A DNA stretch of 63,962 bases, filler included, from Catajapyx aquilonaris (lineage: Eukaryota), in NCBI GenBank assembly GCA_000934665.2. It is 3 parts of 3 records of this genome, joined end to end, with 100 filler letters (N's around TTAATTAATTAA, not from the genome) between each part and the next. Parts side by side here need not be neighbours in the genome. Positions count along the whole stretch, not along the records: positions 1 to 21,426 come from JYFJ02006062.1; 2 more parts are not named here. One strand, written 5' to 3'. Position numbers and translations under genes: made by a program. The notes beneath the pieces were generated by a model. That model saw only the letters and a list, made by a program, of their open reading frames with translations. It was not told the origin of the DNA and made no database searches. Shown here in pieces: positions 1 through 12,700 of the stretch; position 1 is the first letter of the stretch, and each line of letters opens with the position of its first letter.

Positions 1-594
1 AAGCAGCAGCTGCAACTTCCTTCTTAACAATATCCCCACAACCATCATTACTTGGTACAACATCCCCAATTAAACTTACCGATACATCAACACTAGCTCC
101 TACCATATATGGTAGATATATGATTTTCTGTGTTACCTTTGGGCGTAGAAAAAAAAAGATTGGACATTCGGAATCATGATTTTTTGCCCGATTTTTGGGG
201 GCCAACTTGTATTTTGAGTGGAGTGTCCCTTTAAGAAAATTAACTTTCTTAGGAATTGACGAAAACTGTTGCATGAAGTCTGACAACTTTTATAGTCTAA
301 CAACAGAGATGACATAAGGTTTCGATTTTTTTACTTACGTCACAACTATGCCCACCCCATTTGTTCAACTTTAAGTGAAGGCAACCTCACATATGAACAT
401 CGCATATGTGGGAGTAATGTGGCTGGGAGTGTCTTGTTTAGCATAATATTATTCCAAGTCTCACTGTCAGCGTTTAATTTCAGAATATTGAATACATAAA
501 GTGTCACATCACAATGTACTGTATCTGAATCTACTTTTTAGCCAAATGTGCAACGTCAATTACAGCTGAATAATTAATTTTGATACCACTTCCG

Positions 595-800
595 GGACCG
601 TGGTTTTCTGTGGTTTCCCACGGTCCCCCCAGGATAATTCCGTGGTCGTTTCCGTAAAAAATAGGCCACAGCCAGCCGCTTCCTTTCGCCCCTATCCTTG
701 GCCCCACCCATGTGTGAAGTAAGCGTCAGAAAAATCTAAGAAAACTGACGGTGGTATGCCACCCCCCTAAAAGGACTCCGCCCTATCACGGGGTTAAATA
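595..800 (+). mobile_element. 5'-truncated SINE body
   Basis: GGTTTTCTGTGGTTTCCC...CCAGG...AGGCCACAGCC...CTTCCTT body resembles the SINE cores common in hemimetabolous insects; A-rich tail at ~797. No tRNA head present. Confidence 0.45.
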
Positions 801-2119
801 AATTAAAAATTTAAAAAATATTACTTTTAACTTAAAAGTGAAACTCGAACACATCCCTATCTTAGCATTCAATATCAAAAATAAATAAATAATATCGAAC
901 AATTTTCCATTTAAACCATAATTTTGTAACACAAGGTACCATCCAAACAATAATTATGAATTGCTATCCAAGAGGTTAATTCCATAACATAATTATGATG
1001 CTCCTTTTAGTACCTGGCAGCCTGCAAAACACCACTTGAACCCAAATGCACGTAATATATTTCGGGATTAAACTCTTCAATAAATTGTTGCAGCAATTAC
1101 GAGTATAAATGAAATAGTTGTCTGCCTGGGTATTCATGGGCGACCACCACTGTGATTCCCTGTATACCATACACTGCAAGGGAAATTGACGCGTAGGTGG
1201 TGCAAGTGGAAATGATTGCTATTTCGTACCTTCCTCTTTGATATCAGGAGTTTTGCGGTTCGACTTTTTTTTTTTTTTTGGCATCGGGTTTGGAGTCGAG
1301 AGGTGGATGGCACTGTGGTCCCAAGAGGTACAGTATTAGACTAAGCATAAAAATTACATCACCGAGGCCCAATTGCATTTTTGCATGAATTACATGCTAC
1401 ACCACGGAATACACAAAAAAAATAGTCTGATTTAGCATATGGCAATAGCTATTGAAAACTGTCGTGAAATTGCAAAACAAAAAATCAGGATCTGACACAA
1501 TGTTATGAACTTTTCCATTGGATAACATTTCGTCTTGGAGGGGGGGGAAAAAAGAGATGACGTGCGCTATCGTTTAGACATATATCCGCCTCTCAGACGC
1601 TATCTTTACAACACTGCAGACACGAGCCGCATAATATTGTTATACATGATGGGAGTACATAGCTCCAGACCAGACGGTACAGTCTGACTAGGAAAATCCG
1701 GGACAGTACATTTCAAAATCAAATGGATCAACCTGTCTGTAGCATATGCTATGCCAGCAAGGTACACGTTTTAATGACACACATATTTTAAAAAAAATTG
1801 GTATTATTTTCAAAATACGCGTTTCACTTTCAGGTATGCAAATTATGGTAAATTTCTGTCGCCTTTACCTGAATGCTTTTAGTTCCAAGTATGAACAGCT
1901 CTAGTACATTCTCGTAATATTTTGACTCCGATAGTAGATTCCATAGCCATGATATAAAAAAAACTGTTGATCAGTGCGCGAGCTTCTATTTCAGCCAACC
2001 CAAAATTGGATAGCCGCACCAGCAGCTCATTCAGGAATAACAATATACTTCCATCTATAGCAAAGTTAATACAAAGTTTCTATAATGATATTTGTATATA
2101 AAAATTGACACTCATACAT

Positions 2120-2357
2120 GAGGCTCTTAGAACCCAAAAAAGTGGCCCAAGTCCATTTTTTGCCACTTTCGAGATACGACCGCCATCATACACAGAAGGC
2201 TACTCCAAGTTGGTACAAAATTGGTATATGTTCTAAGTTGCACTTGAGCAATAGTTGGCATAATCTTATTTATAGCTCCAATGAGAATTGCCTATACGCC
2301 AATGGAGCATTTCAGCCATTTTTTTGGGACTTGGGCCACTTTTGTTCTAAGCTCCTC
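2120..2357. mobile_element. MITE with ~35-bp imperfect TIRs (Sola2-like GAG termini)
   Basis: Left GAGGCTCTTAGAACCCAAAAAAGTGGCCCAAGTCC vs reverse complement of right GAGGAGCTTAGAACAAAAAGTGGCCCAAGTCC; flanks ACAT/ACCT suggest a decayed 4-bp TSD. Confidence 0.7.
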
Positions 2358-5300
2358 ACCTTATCTTCACATTGACACTCGTCATGTGTGTGGCACTAAA
2401 TAGCTATATTTACCAGCATTTGAAGCCTCGCACAGAGAGGTGATACCCCTCTTTGCAATGTACTATCAGATATAATTTACTTCAAAACAGCATTTGACGT
2501 GCTCATTTGAATGTGCTGGAAAAGCATCAGAGTTGGTTCAACATATTCAGTAGCAGGTATTTTTAAATATTTTTAAACCAAAATGTGTCCAAAATATGAT
2601 ATCCCAAAATATGCTTAAAATGAACTATGACAGCCTATAAACAATTCTACAAAAAATGCAGTATGTCAACCCCGAAATAACTAACTATTACAAAAATCGT
2701 AGATAACATGGCCGAAGTTTGGTTGTGATCTCCAATAGACATGTGACGCGATAGACTTTTGACCGGCGGCGGCGAGACGCTCCGGCCATAGTATTGATCG
2801 GCGGCGGCCGACACTCCCCTCCTCTCCCTACCCCCCTTCACTCCCGCTCTCAACCCTCTCAAATAGAATATAAAAAAAAGTAGACGGCAACGGCGTAGCA
2901 CAACTGGCAAAAGCCTATCTCTATGCTAAATCGGGACTATTTCATAATTTTCCTGCGTTTATAGTCTGCCCTCGCGGTTTTTTTTAGAGTGCTATAGACT
3001 TTTGTACGCGGTTAGATGACGTATAGGTTGTTGTGAGGCGGGTGTTTTCAAAGGTCAATGTTAACGGCTGGTAGACGTCTGGTGCGTCTGGGTGGGAACT
3101 ATGATAGAACAATTCGGATCTATGGCTAGACTAGATTTATAGGATTATGCGGATTGATTGTAATGAAGTTATAGCAATTGCGGATTTAATTTGGTGGAAA
3201 TCCCTACAGATAAGCTGCATTTTTGGCTAGTTATCTAATAGCGATACCTGCGCAGGTGGTGGTGAAGAGTGAAACTAGTTCCTGTCTGGCCTGACTAATC
3301 CATCATTCGCTAACCGGCATGTTGATAACAACGGAGAAAATCAGTTTTTGCCCGAATTCACATAAATATATATGAACAGCACTTACCCAATAGAAGTGAA
3401 AGGATTCAACGACCTCGTCAGACTCCTTCCAGATTGTGATCCGTACCAAAATGGGATCGCCTAGTATGACGTGCTCTATCACATGCTACACCGTACGATA
3501 CCAATGATCTGAAAGCGAGTGACATTGTGAGAGTCAAAATAAACCAGTCAGATGTACAGAGTATTCATTTCATCCAATGTTTACCTTGTGGAGCAGATTT
3601 ATTTCTTAATGACGGGTTAATTTCCTCGCTAATCAGGCTAATTACAGTGGGGTGTTGATCTCGCTTCTGGTTATGTAATGACACTATGTATTATCTGGGG
3701 AAGGAAAAAAAAATAGGCACTGTAGAGTTGTCAATAAAAAGGAAGCCATGTTAAATAGTGTACTGTATAGGTTTTAATCGTATATGCAAGTAACAGCACG
3801 TAGTAGTTGGACAGTCATTAACTTCAAGCTATTTAGTACCATAATTGAGCGTTTCATTTAGAAAGGCTGCTTGGGTTGTGTTACGAATAGTCTGGCGCAT
3901 TACTCATAGGCTTGCTATTATATACTGGCATTGTTTATAATGATGCTGTATGTGAAGAGTGTCTAGCTATATTACTCAGAATTACAGTTACTTGAACAGC
4001 AGGATTACAGTAATTTTGTAAAGCGTTGCCTAGCTCATTTTATCTATGAGCGTCTCTATAATACGCGTGTCCCTGCAAATATTGCGAAGCGTTCTACAAT
4101 CTCTTTTTGATCACCCAAGCAGCTATACAGACAATATATCACGATGTAGCAATATTTCTGCGCTAGTATAATTTTTACACTACAAATATGAATAAGTTTC
4201 GTTAACTGAAAGTCGAGATTAAAATTAATAATGGCATGAAAGGAATCCCTGAAGTCCCGGATGATTCGTAGAACAATATATTATTCACTATGGAACTTGA
4301 CATGAATAAAATAATAAACTCTCAGATGTCAAAAGGTATATAATTATGCAATAAAGACTGAATATTTATATCATTGTGTCTCTAAAGACATCTTACGAAA
4401 AAAATGCTTTATTATTTTTCTCATATTTCAATACAGTAGACCTACTTAACATAATTGCATGTCTACTAAGAGCATTTTGAGCTTTATTTTTGAAAAATAT
4501 CGGAGTAGTTTATATTAGTAATATTAAAAGTTATGACTTATAATTTTTTTACTCTGTATAGAAAAGTCAGCTGCTGAGTGTTGAAAAGTTCAATTTATAC
4601 ACTGTATATATGTAGTTTAGAGTTCTATGTTTTGTTATTGCTGTATTATGCATGTTTAATCAACTTTTGAAAAAAAAACTACCAATCAATAACTTGCGTC
4701 ATACATTATATAAAAATTTCAAGCTACACTCTCGTGCATCAGGGTTTTTCATGGATGTATCTACAGTATTATCCCTTTCAAAAATGTAGTCACCTCAGTT
4801 GGCACCAAAATTTTGTGAATATTGTTGGACATAAATTTTAATACAATGTGTCATAACTCATAAGAAAGCATGATTCAAGAACTCTAACTGGGTACCAATA
4901 AATCTTGTTATAAAATGCCTCTGTTTCCAAATTCAAGAATTTTGAGCTAATGCCCGGAAAATGTCCGTGTCCCTAGGAAAATGTCCCTAGTGAAAAAAAT
5001 GACATATTTGCAGTGTCAACATTTTCCCCTGCACTTTAACAGCATCCTTTTTGAAGGTCATATGATGTTATAAAGTTTCACTTTAAAGTCTCAGTTTTTC
5101 GAACAGTGGCCCTTTAATGAGAGAGCAAAAAATTGAACCGCATTAGTTTTAAAAGACAGCAATTTTTAACCTATTCCGTGGAGAGAATATGTATAAATAT
5201 TCCCCCCAAAAGAGCACCACGGGGTAAATAAAATAAAAATAAATAAAATAAAATAATATGTATAAATATACTTTTTATGGAGAGTTAACAAATTTTCCTG

Positions 5301-6056
5301 CACTGAATATGGGCAAACTTGGTCAAAAATTGAAATACAGAACAATCAGAGTCACATTTGACTTATTTTAAAATATATGACAGTTTGAAGTTTGACTATT
5401 GCATTACCCCGGAATAATTTTTTTTTAAATAATTTAAAGACTAATTTTTCAACAAAAAAATGTGGTTTGACCATCAAACAATGCCTAACTCAATTACGAC
5501 CAAATTGACTGTGATCGTTCTGCATTTTATTAGGCCTTATGTAATTTTCATCTCGTCAGACGGCATGAAAACTGAGATTACCAAGCAGATACAGAGCATC
5601 AAAACATATTGCAGTTCGACGATAAGTCACAAACAGTATATACAATTTGTTGAACTTTGTAACATATCGCAGTATTTCGAAGGTCAGATGTTGCTAAGTT
5701 TAAAGTTCAGTATAATTAAGAAATGTGAGAGTTTGTATTCAATGTGCAATTTGTTTATACGGAGTTTTAAAATAATAAAATAGTGGAAATGTTATTATAA
5801 ATATGCGGAAACCGTATACTCTTTATGAATATGCTTTCAGGATTGATAATAATCAATTGTTTCAAGGCACCAGTAATTATAACACATCGTTGTGGAGGCA
5901 ATGCTTTTAGTTTGCAATAAAGTTTTAACCTGATTCATCATTGAGTTCTAATAATTCAAAATGGTATTTTCAAAGCAACCCTGTGTTAGCAGCATATTTT
6001 TGTTATGTGCCACTTTTCATTGTTTATTTGCTTTCATTATAATTTAAAATGAAAAG

Positions 6057-6400
6057 GAGATGAAGTGGCGCCGCGGTAACGCGCGCGCCCACGGATATGA
6101 ATAAGGTCCCGGGTTCAATCCCCACCCGGGGTTCCCACCTTTATCCGTGCAGAGTTGGGCCATCTCTGGCTTCATTTCGGGTGGAAATTTCCTAAAGACT
6201 AATCCACCCGGGGGAGTTCACAAAATGACCACTCAACGACAGCGCACACGCACTTTGCACATCCCCTCCCACCTACCATTGGAGTAAACTAATAAGATCC
6301 TCTTAACTCGCTCCAACAAAATCCCGATGGTGGTAATCCACCCCCCCCCCCCCNCCCCCCCAAAGGAGTAAGTAGCTCCCTAAGTGGGGTAATGTTAGAA
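6057..6400 (+). mobile_element. tRNA-derived SINE
   Basis: Pol III A box TGGCGCCGCGG (~6066) and B box GGTTCAATCCC (~6112), followed by a non-tRNA body. The 3' boundary is approximate. Confidence 0.55.
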
Positions 6401-8597
6401 ATCAGTATTTAAAAATCAGCACGCACACAAGAGCATGTAATGAACTTTACACAATTTTAAAATGATAATTAATCATCACCGATAATTATTAATAAGTTAA
6501 TCATATAAGGTGAAATAATTTACTGTCCTAGTTTCTTTACCTACAATTAATGATAACACGGAATCTTTCGGGTAAGAGAGTCAATGTTAAACCCACTACC
6601 AGCAGCAATTATTCGAATGAGGTTTTTCAAATTCCGGCATGTAGCCTACTGTATAGGCTATTATCATTACATGCACTTGCAGGGTATACGCTATTGCAAG
6701 ACAGTACTAAATTTTGCCTCATCAAACCAGTAAGTACTGCACTGTTACCAACACAGTGAGAATATGCTGTAACTTACATAAAGTACTATATGTGACCAGT
6801 TGACAGAGACAGACATTATATTCCTAGCCTATAAACCTGCGATTGATCTGCCTATACAGCAACACAGAATTGGCTGCAGTAAATGCAGTGTGTTTTGCCT
6901 AACTGCACTTTTATTGCAACTGCCTGATTACGCAACCCTGCATCCATGGACGTGATCTCATTTGAAACGAAACAGTCAGGTAAGGTATAGGCCTTGATAA
7001 GAATCTCGTTTATTAAATGACTCATTTTTCGGCAGACAAGGGGCAGTAGTTATCCATACAATATTCCCAATAGTTGTAAATTCTCTCACTCTATGCCTAT
7101 TACTATTCCATCATTACCATTCGCAACTGTCCAACGCTGAAATGCTGCTAATACTGTAATATATTTGCCATCTGCTGCTAGCCGTCTTCAACTGGTGGTC
7201 CGCGGACAACCAGTGGTATACCTGAGCACGTCCAAATGGGCTACCACAGATGTACATGTTTCTAATGTGTTATAGGCCATTATTGCGTGGTTCTGGCAAA
7301 GTTTTGTAGATAGAAAAGGGTTTTAGTAATGTAAAAAAAATGTTGAAAACCGATGTGATCGGTTGTTAAATATTGCCAAAGTTTACGACGCAACATGTCT
7401 ATTAAAGGGTAATGGACTGTAACTTGAATCTCAGTGGTCTGATTTGATTTGGCCTTAGCTTGGCCAAATAAAAGTCATCGTTCGAAGCTTACGTTGCAGT
7501 AAAGGCTAACATCCGCTTCAAATAAAGTACATACCATGCTTCGCCAGTTTTCACAAGTTTATTCCATTTTAAAGTATCTTACAGGTCACTGTTTTCTCAG
7601 AACATTGAACTTTGATGCAGCCAAAGAGTAAAGATGTATATAGGCTATTTGCTTTGGAAAAAAGGTCTTACACAATGGACGGTAGGCGTCTTGCTCAGAA
7701 AACCTCGGATTTATATGCCCAAATGCATCAAAGAAATTGAAAGCCGGCTTAATATTAAGTATTCCTTAAGCTGCCTGTTGCCAAGGACTTGTTCAGGCTG
7801 GTTAAAGAATGCTTAAGTAGTATAGAATCCAGCTTAATTTTTAATGTAGTTGGGGCTTTAGAGATGTAACCTGTTACGGTACTTACTTCAAACCAAGGCT
7901 ATAATATTAGCCTTAGGTTAATGTTCCAAAGCACCTTTACTGAAGGTCCCAAGAGAGCGATATTACTGGTCACCAACTGAATCATAGTAAAGTTACACAT
8001 AGTCTAACCTACATGATGTGAAAATGACATATTCTTAACTGGAAAAAGTGGACGTTAACATAAGGCTAATGCTAACCTTGTTTTTGTAACTGATCTTTCA
8101 AAAATCCTGAAACCGCTTTGCAGTTGTAGGTTATTTATTGCAAAATTTCTGATAAAGCTGTGTGCGTCAGGAAAAAGAAATTCTATATTGCGAATTCTTA
8201 AATGCAGTAAATCGATTGATTTCACGTGGTAGTAAATGATATAACCCGATTGTAGCACATCAATGTCACATTGCTTCAGTTGGTGTGTTTACGCCTTGTC
8301 AGTATATTTATATTTCCACATTATTGAACAATAAATCTCAGCCAATCGGCTTTCATTCAGGATTTGATGAAAAGCTTCGATCTAATAGAATTTTATGTGC
8401 TTCACTCAACTTGAGAAAATAGCCTGCTATGATTGGCACAGTCACTGTCACGCTTTACCGCGAAGGAACTATAACTGTAAATAAAAGTGCAAGTATAGAA
8501 GACGATATCATGCACATAAATATTTACATATGCAGAATATGAATATATAGCAACGTTGGAACTTGTTAACTTCCAATTTTAAAGAATCACAATTATT

Positions 8598-8713
8598 GGG
8601 GCCAGGTGTACGAATGCATATTAGTGAGAAAATCTCTGATTATTTCAATTACATAAGTGAATACCGATTAATAATCGCGATTTTCTCTAACCTGCATTCA
8701 GACAACCGGCCCC
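8598..8713. mobile_element. Decayed Tourist/Harbinger-type palindromic MITE
   Basis: GGGGCCAGGTGTACGAATGCA ... TGCATTCAGACAACCGGCCCC inverted ends, imperfect internal palindrome, TAA on the right flank. Confidence 0.55.
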
Positions 8714-9747
8714 TAAAAAATTAGTGATCAAACATACCACGTTTGAACAAGACAGCACCATATACCAGCAGGTCAAATTGCATCCACCCAATCTCCCTGT
8801 AGCTCATGGTATAATTCGGGAAATGTTACAGTAGTAAGACATGACACGTTAGTTATGTGGACATGCTTGTAGTTAGTAGTTACGACCGTTTAGTGACCAA
8901 TACATGGTGCATTCATTTACATCGAAAAGTCGGGTGGTCCCTAAAAGTGTAGATTATTTTCATGATGGATTCAGTCACAGACTATACGTACAATAACCGA
9001 CGTTGATGCCACTGACATTGATGCGCTACTAATAACTAGGAGTCACATGTGCAACGGAAGAAAGAGCAAGGATTGCCGTCGTGGTGGAAAATTCCCAGCA
9101 CAGCAAGATTTTGATTACCCTCTGGCCAGGTTATCAAATATTGTATTGAGCTAAAGTAAAGAGAGGAAAGACGTATGCCTCGAGAACAGCAGAGATATGT
9201 GTACCCTGACCTCTCATACCCTCTGGCACCAGATGCCTGTTAAGAGACAACATAATGACCTCCGACCTCATTATTTTTTCACAGTATTTTCCACGAACAG
9301 ACATAGAAGTGCTCGAAACGTGTTATCAAACGATAAAAGGACGATGTAATTATGTGTGCTCTCTCTCTCCTCTTTCTGATTTGGGAAAAATATGTCTTCT
9401 ATGGCTGCCTGTTGCTAAAACACCTCTGGAGGGGAACAAAAGACAAGTGGCCTATAACCTACCTAAACTGCGCACACATGAAGTAAATAGGAATCCCAAC
9501 AAGTGGACCACCTTCAGTCGATTGTCCTGAAAAAGAAGGATTGAACGTGCAACCGACAGGAAAAGGAAATGAGTGCTCACTTGTATGGTGGTGGAAAAAA
9601 GCACACCCTCGCCAACAGTATTGTTGTTGCTGAACTGCTAGGGGACGTTGGGGGTGCACAGACACGCTCGGGAACAAAGGAAAGTACTGTAGTAGGTATA
9701 GGTGTGGAAGGAGGGATGAGAGGAAGGCAAATAATGCTGTAACATCA

Positions 9748-12700
9748 TCAGACGAGAGCTTCGCGCATCTCTGGCAACCGGATGGACACGATGCCACCTA
9801 TCAGCAGTACTGCAGCAGTGGCCAGCATGGGAAGTGCCCGGCTGGAGCCCAGAAAGTAAGCAAAGCTTAGATTCCCAAGCACACCTGCCACTCGACAAGT
9901 TGAACTCAGAAACCCAAAACCGGTTGTCCTGAAACAAATTATAATTGTCAAATGTTAAGGGTACAATCAAAACCACGGTCTTATAATACTCAAGGGCACT
10001 ACCAAGGTCGGTCGCCTCCGATTTGGTTGAAACTCGCTTGAGGGGTCACTCATGTGCGATAGACCCTGTGATGAACATCCTAGATGACACTGCCCAGCCG
10101 TTTCCGAGATATGAGCGACAGAAACATCTGAATTTTGTCCGCGCGTATGGGAATAGGGACCTTGCCGGGCCTTGCACTTGTCCCTTTCCGCCTGACACCT
10201 GTAAGCGCCGCGCCGCGCCGCGCCGGTACGCGCGGAATATATTTGTGCTCATATCTCGGAAACGGATGGACAGTGTCATCTATGACTATCACAACTGTGT
10301 CTATCGCACATGAGTGACCCCTCAAGCGAGTTTCAACCAAATCGGAGGCGACCGACCTTGGTCGTTCCCTTGTCAGGTCCGGACACTCCCTCCCCTTTTG
10401 CATCATCAATTTGGCGCTAGTGTCGCTCCAGTTTTTAATGTAGTTCCTGGCGGACGACTTCGTTGTGGAGCACGTTCGCAGAGTTGTCCGCAGGGAATTG
10501 TGGAGAGACACCAGCGCCAAATCGGCAACTCCCACCGAGGCTCAAGGGGGTCTGCATAAGGCTGGGGTAGGAGTGTCAGGGGGCTGGTCAAAACAGATCG
10601 GATTTGACGTGTTACCTCATATGGGTAGGATATGACTCGGTGGTGGCCACGTCGATGGCGTTCCATCCGGAGATAAAAATGAAGTTAAAAACAGGCTCGA
10701 AGATGAAGACACCAGTGGTGGAGTCGAGAAACCAGATGAAAAATGCAGATACGCTTGACAGGAACATGGACAAGCCTGAAGATAAGGGAGATATTTAGTG
10801 CATGTTATGTGCCACAATGATATAGATTACTTACCTATCATTTTGACTCGTCCTAGCCGGTCTACCAGGAGGCCAGCTAGTAACGTTCCGTGCACCACTG
10901 CTACTTGACCCACCAAGTTCTCCTGAAACACTTCATGGAGATAGATGTTGTAGTCAAAATCCTGACGACACCGATCTTCCATGCTGAAGAAGCTGGAGTT
11001 GACAGTCTCGCATCCTTCGAAGCGAAACTTGTACATGTCAGTGTCGACAAACCGCGTACGAGCAATGTATGAGTCACGGAAAAACGTGCGACTAGATTTG
11101 ACATTAGAAAAGACCGAGTCCTCGATAGAACAGTTTTGGAAAATCACATGGTTGAGGATGAGATGCTTGAATTGGACTTTGTAGAAGCTGACGTTGGAGT
11201 ATTGCACGTTATCCAGATAGTTGAACGGCTCTCTTTCGGATTCCATGTGCACAGTGTACGCAAAGTTGGCTAGCGAGTCGTTGAACGAATCGCTATCGTA
11301 GTTCATTTTCACAATGACCCTGGGTCGAGCGTTGTATTCCGTTTCTTTCAGCAACTTTAGGTATGCCGGAAACCACGACTTCAGACCAAAGTACCTGCAA
11401 AGTACCAGAGATTCAGAAGATGTTGTGGACTACAACACTGATACACTTACCCAAATGCAGCCGTAAACCACAGAACCAGCAGAACTAGAGTGACTCTGAG
11501 GTGAGGTGGCACAAAGAGCTGCAGAAACGAACTCCAAAACTGAGGACAATAGTACAAGTGTTACTCGAAACGCCGCGCCGATTCTTCCGGAACAATACAA
11601 TTGAAGGAAATGTTGCATGCCGTGGCACACAAGTCCCCGCCGGGAATCGAACCCGGGACTGACCTCGCACGTGACGAGCGCTCTACCACTGAGCTACAGG
11701 GGCTTTGTAAGTTCACCGCGACAGTGTGAGACAGTCCCTCCCAACTTTCTCCTAGTTCTCATAAGGTACACCCCATTATATACTCACCGTCTCTAAGCTA
11801 TAAGTGATATCGGCGAGCACAGATTTGCCAGGTGAAGGAGGTGGCACATGGTGTAGTCGATGTCCTACACCGCCACCTTTACTTGGCACCTCCAACTCTG
11901 ACAACTGGTACTGGGCTGCTGGTTGTCGAAGATGGTTCACTCGATGAATATGCTACATGGAACAGCAACTTAGTTCGAGCATCTTCACAAATTAACACAA
12001 GATTGAGTACTATAAAACCCATACCTGATACACCATCATTGCCTCCACTTCCCTGCCAGCTTCTAGTAAGTAGCGTGGAGATTCCGGAAGGAACAAGAGG
12101 CCAATTACTGCAAAGACTGACGGCAGGCAGCATACCAGCAGAAACTGATGCCACGCACTGAAGTGCTCCTTGTCTTCGAGGATCACTTTGAGACCTGCAA
12201 GGAAGAAATGCGACTCTCTTTGATCTTCAACAAATAAGAGCTTTTCTTTCAAGTGTTTTCCTCCGAATAATACTTGGTGTGAGTTAGTTTGAGAAAATCG
12301 TCTTTTGAATTGCAATCTAATTCTTTTGAATAGCTTTCTTCTTACCGGTTCGAGGAATAATAGCCCAGGCCATCAGAGCAGTGAATATACCTCCGAACGC
12401 CCAGAATAAAAGCAGCCAGCTCAAATAGCGACCACGTTGTGCTTTCCCCAGAAACTCACACGTATATGGAAATACTATGGGAAACGAGCCGCCAATTCTG
12501 TGTGGAAGAGAAAGGTTGAGTGAGCATTGCCGAATATTTCATTTCAAAGACGAGAGATAATGTCAGAACTTTCACTGCAATGCAATTATAGCTGGAGTCC
12601 ATGCGATCTAAACCTGATTACAGAACTCATGCAAAAAACTGTTAATTTTCTTGTTAACAAAAAAATTGAATGATGCACAAATATGTGCTTTTGACAGAAG

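Noticed and set aside
1..111. Possible S/T/P-rich + strand coding exon ending at G/GTAGAT
   Set aside because: It is short, truncated by the window edge, has a weak donor, also reads open on the minus strand, and I found no downstream exon.
6340..6362. Long poly-C/poly-G tracts (also ~22615, ~53745, ~56710) as G-quadruplex elements
   Set aside because: Each contains a single N, which marks a homopolymer assembly join, so the tract lengths are unreliable.
10023..10535. Mirror-image ORFs (VETRLRGHSCAID) on both strands
   Set aside because: They are a by-product of the foldback element's inverted arms inside an SV2 intron.
11632..11703. Functional third tRNA gene
   Set aside because: The anticodon arm is non-canonical, the acceptor stem has a mismatch and there is no adjacent T-run terminator; treated as a pseudo-tRNA or SINE head.
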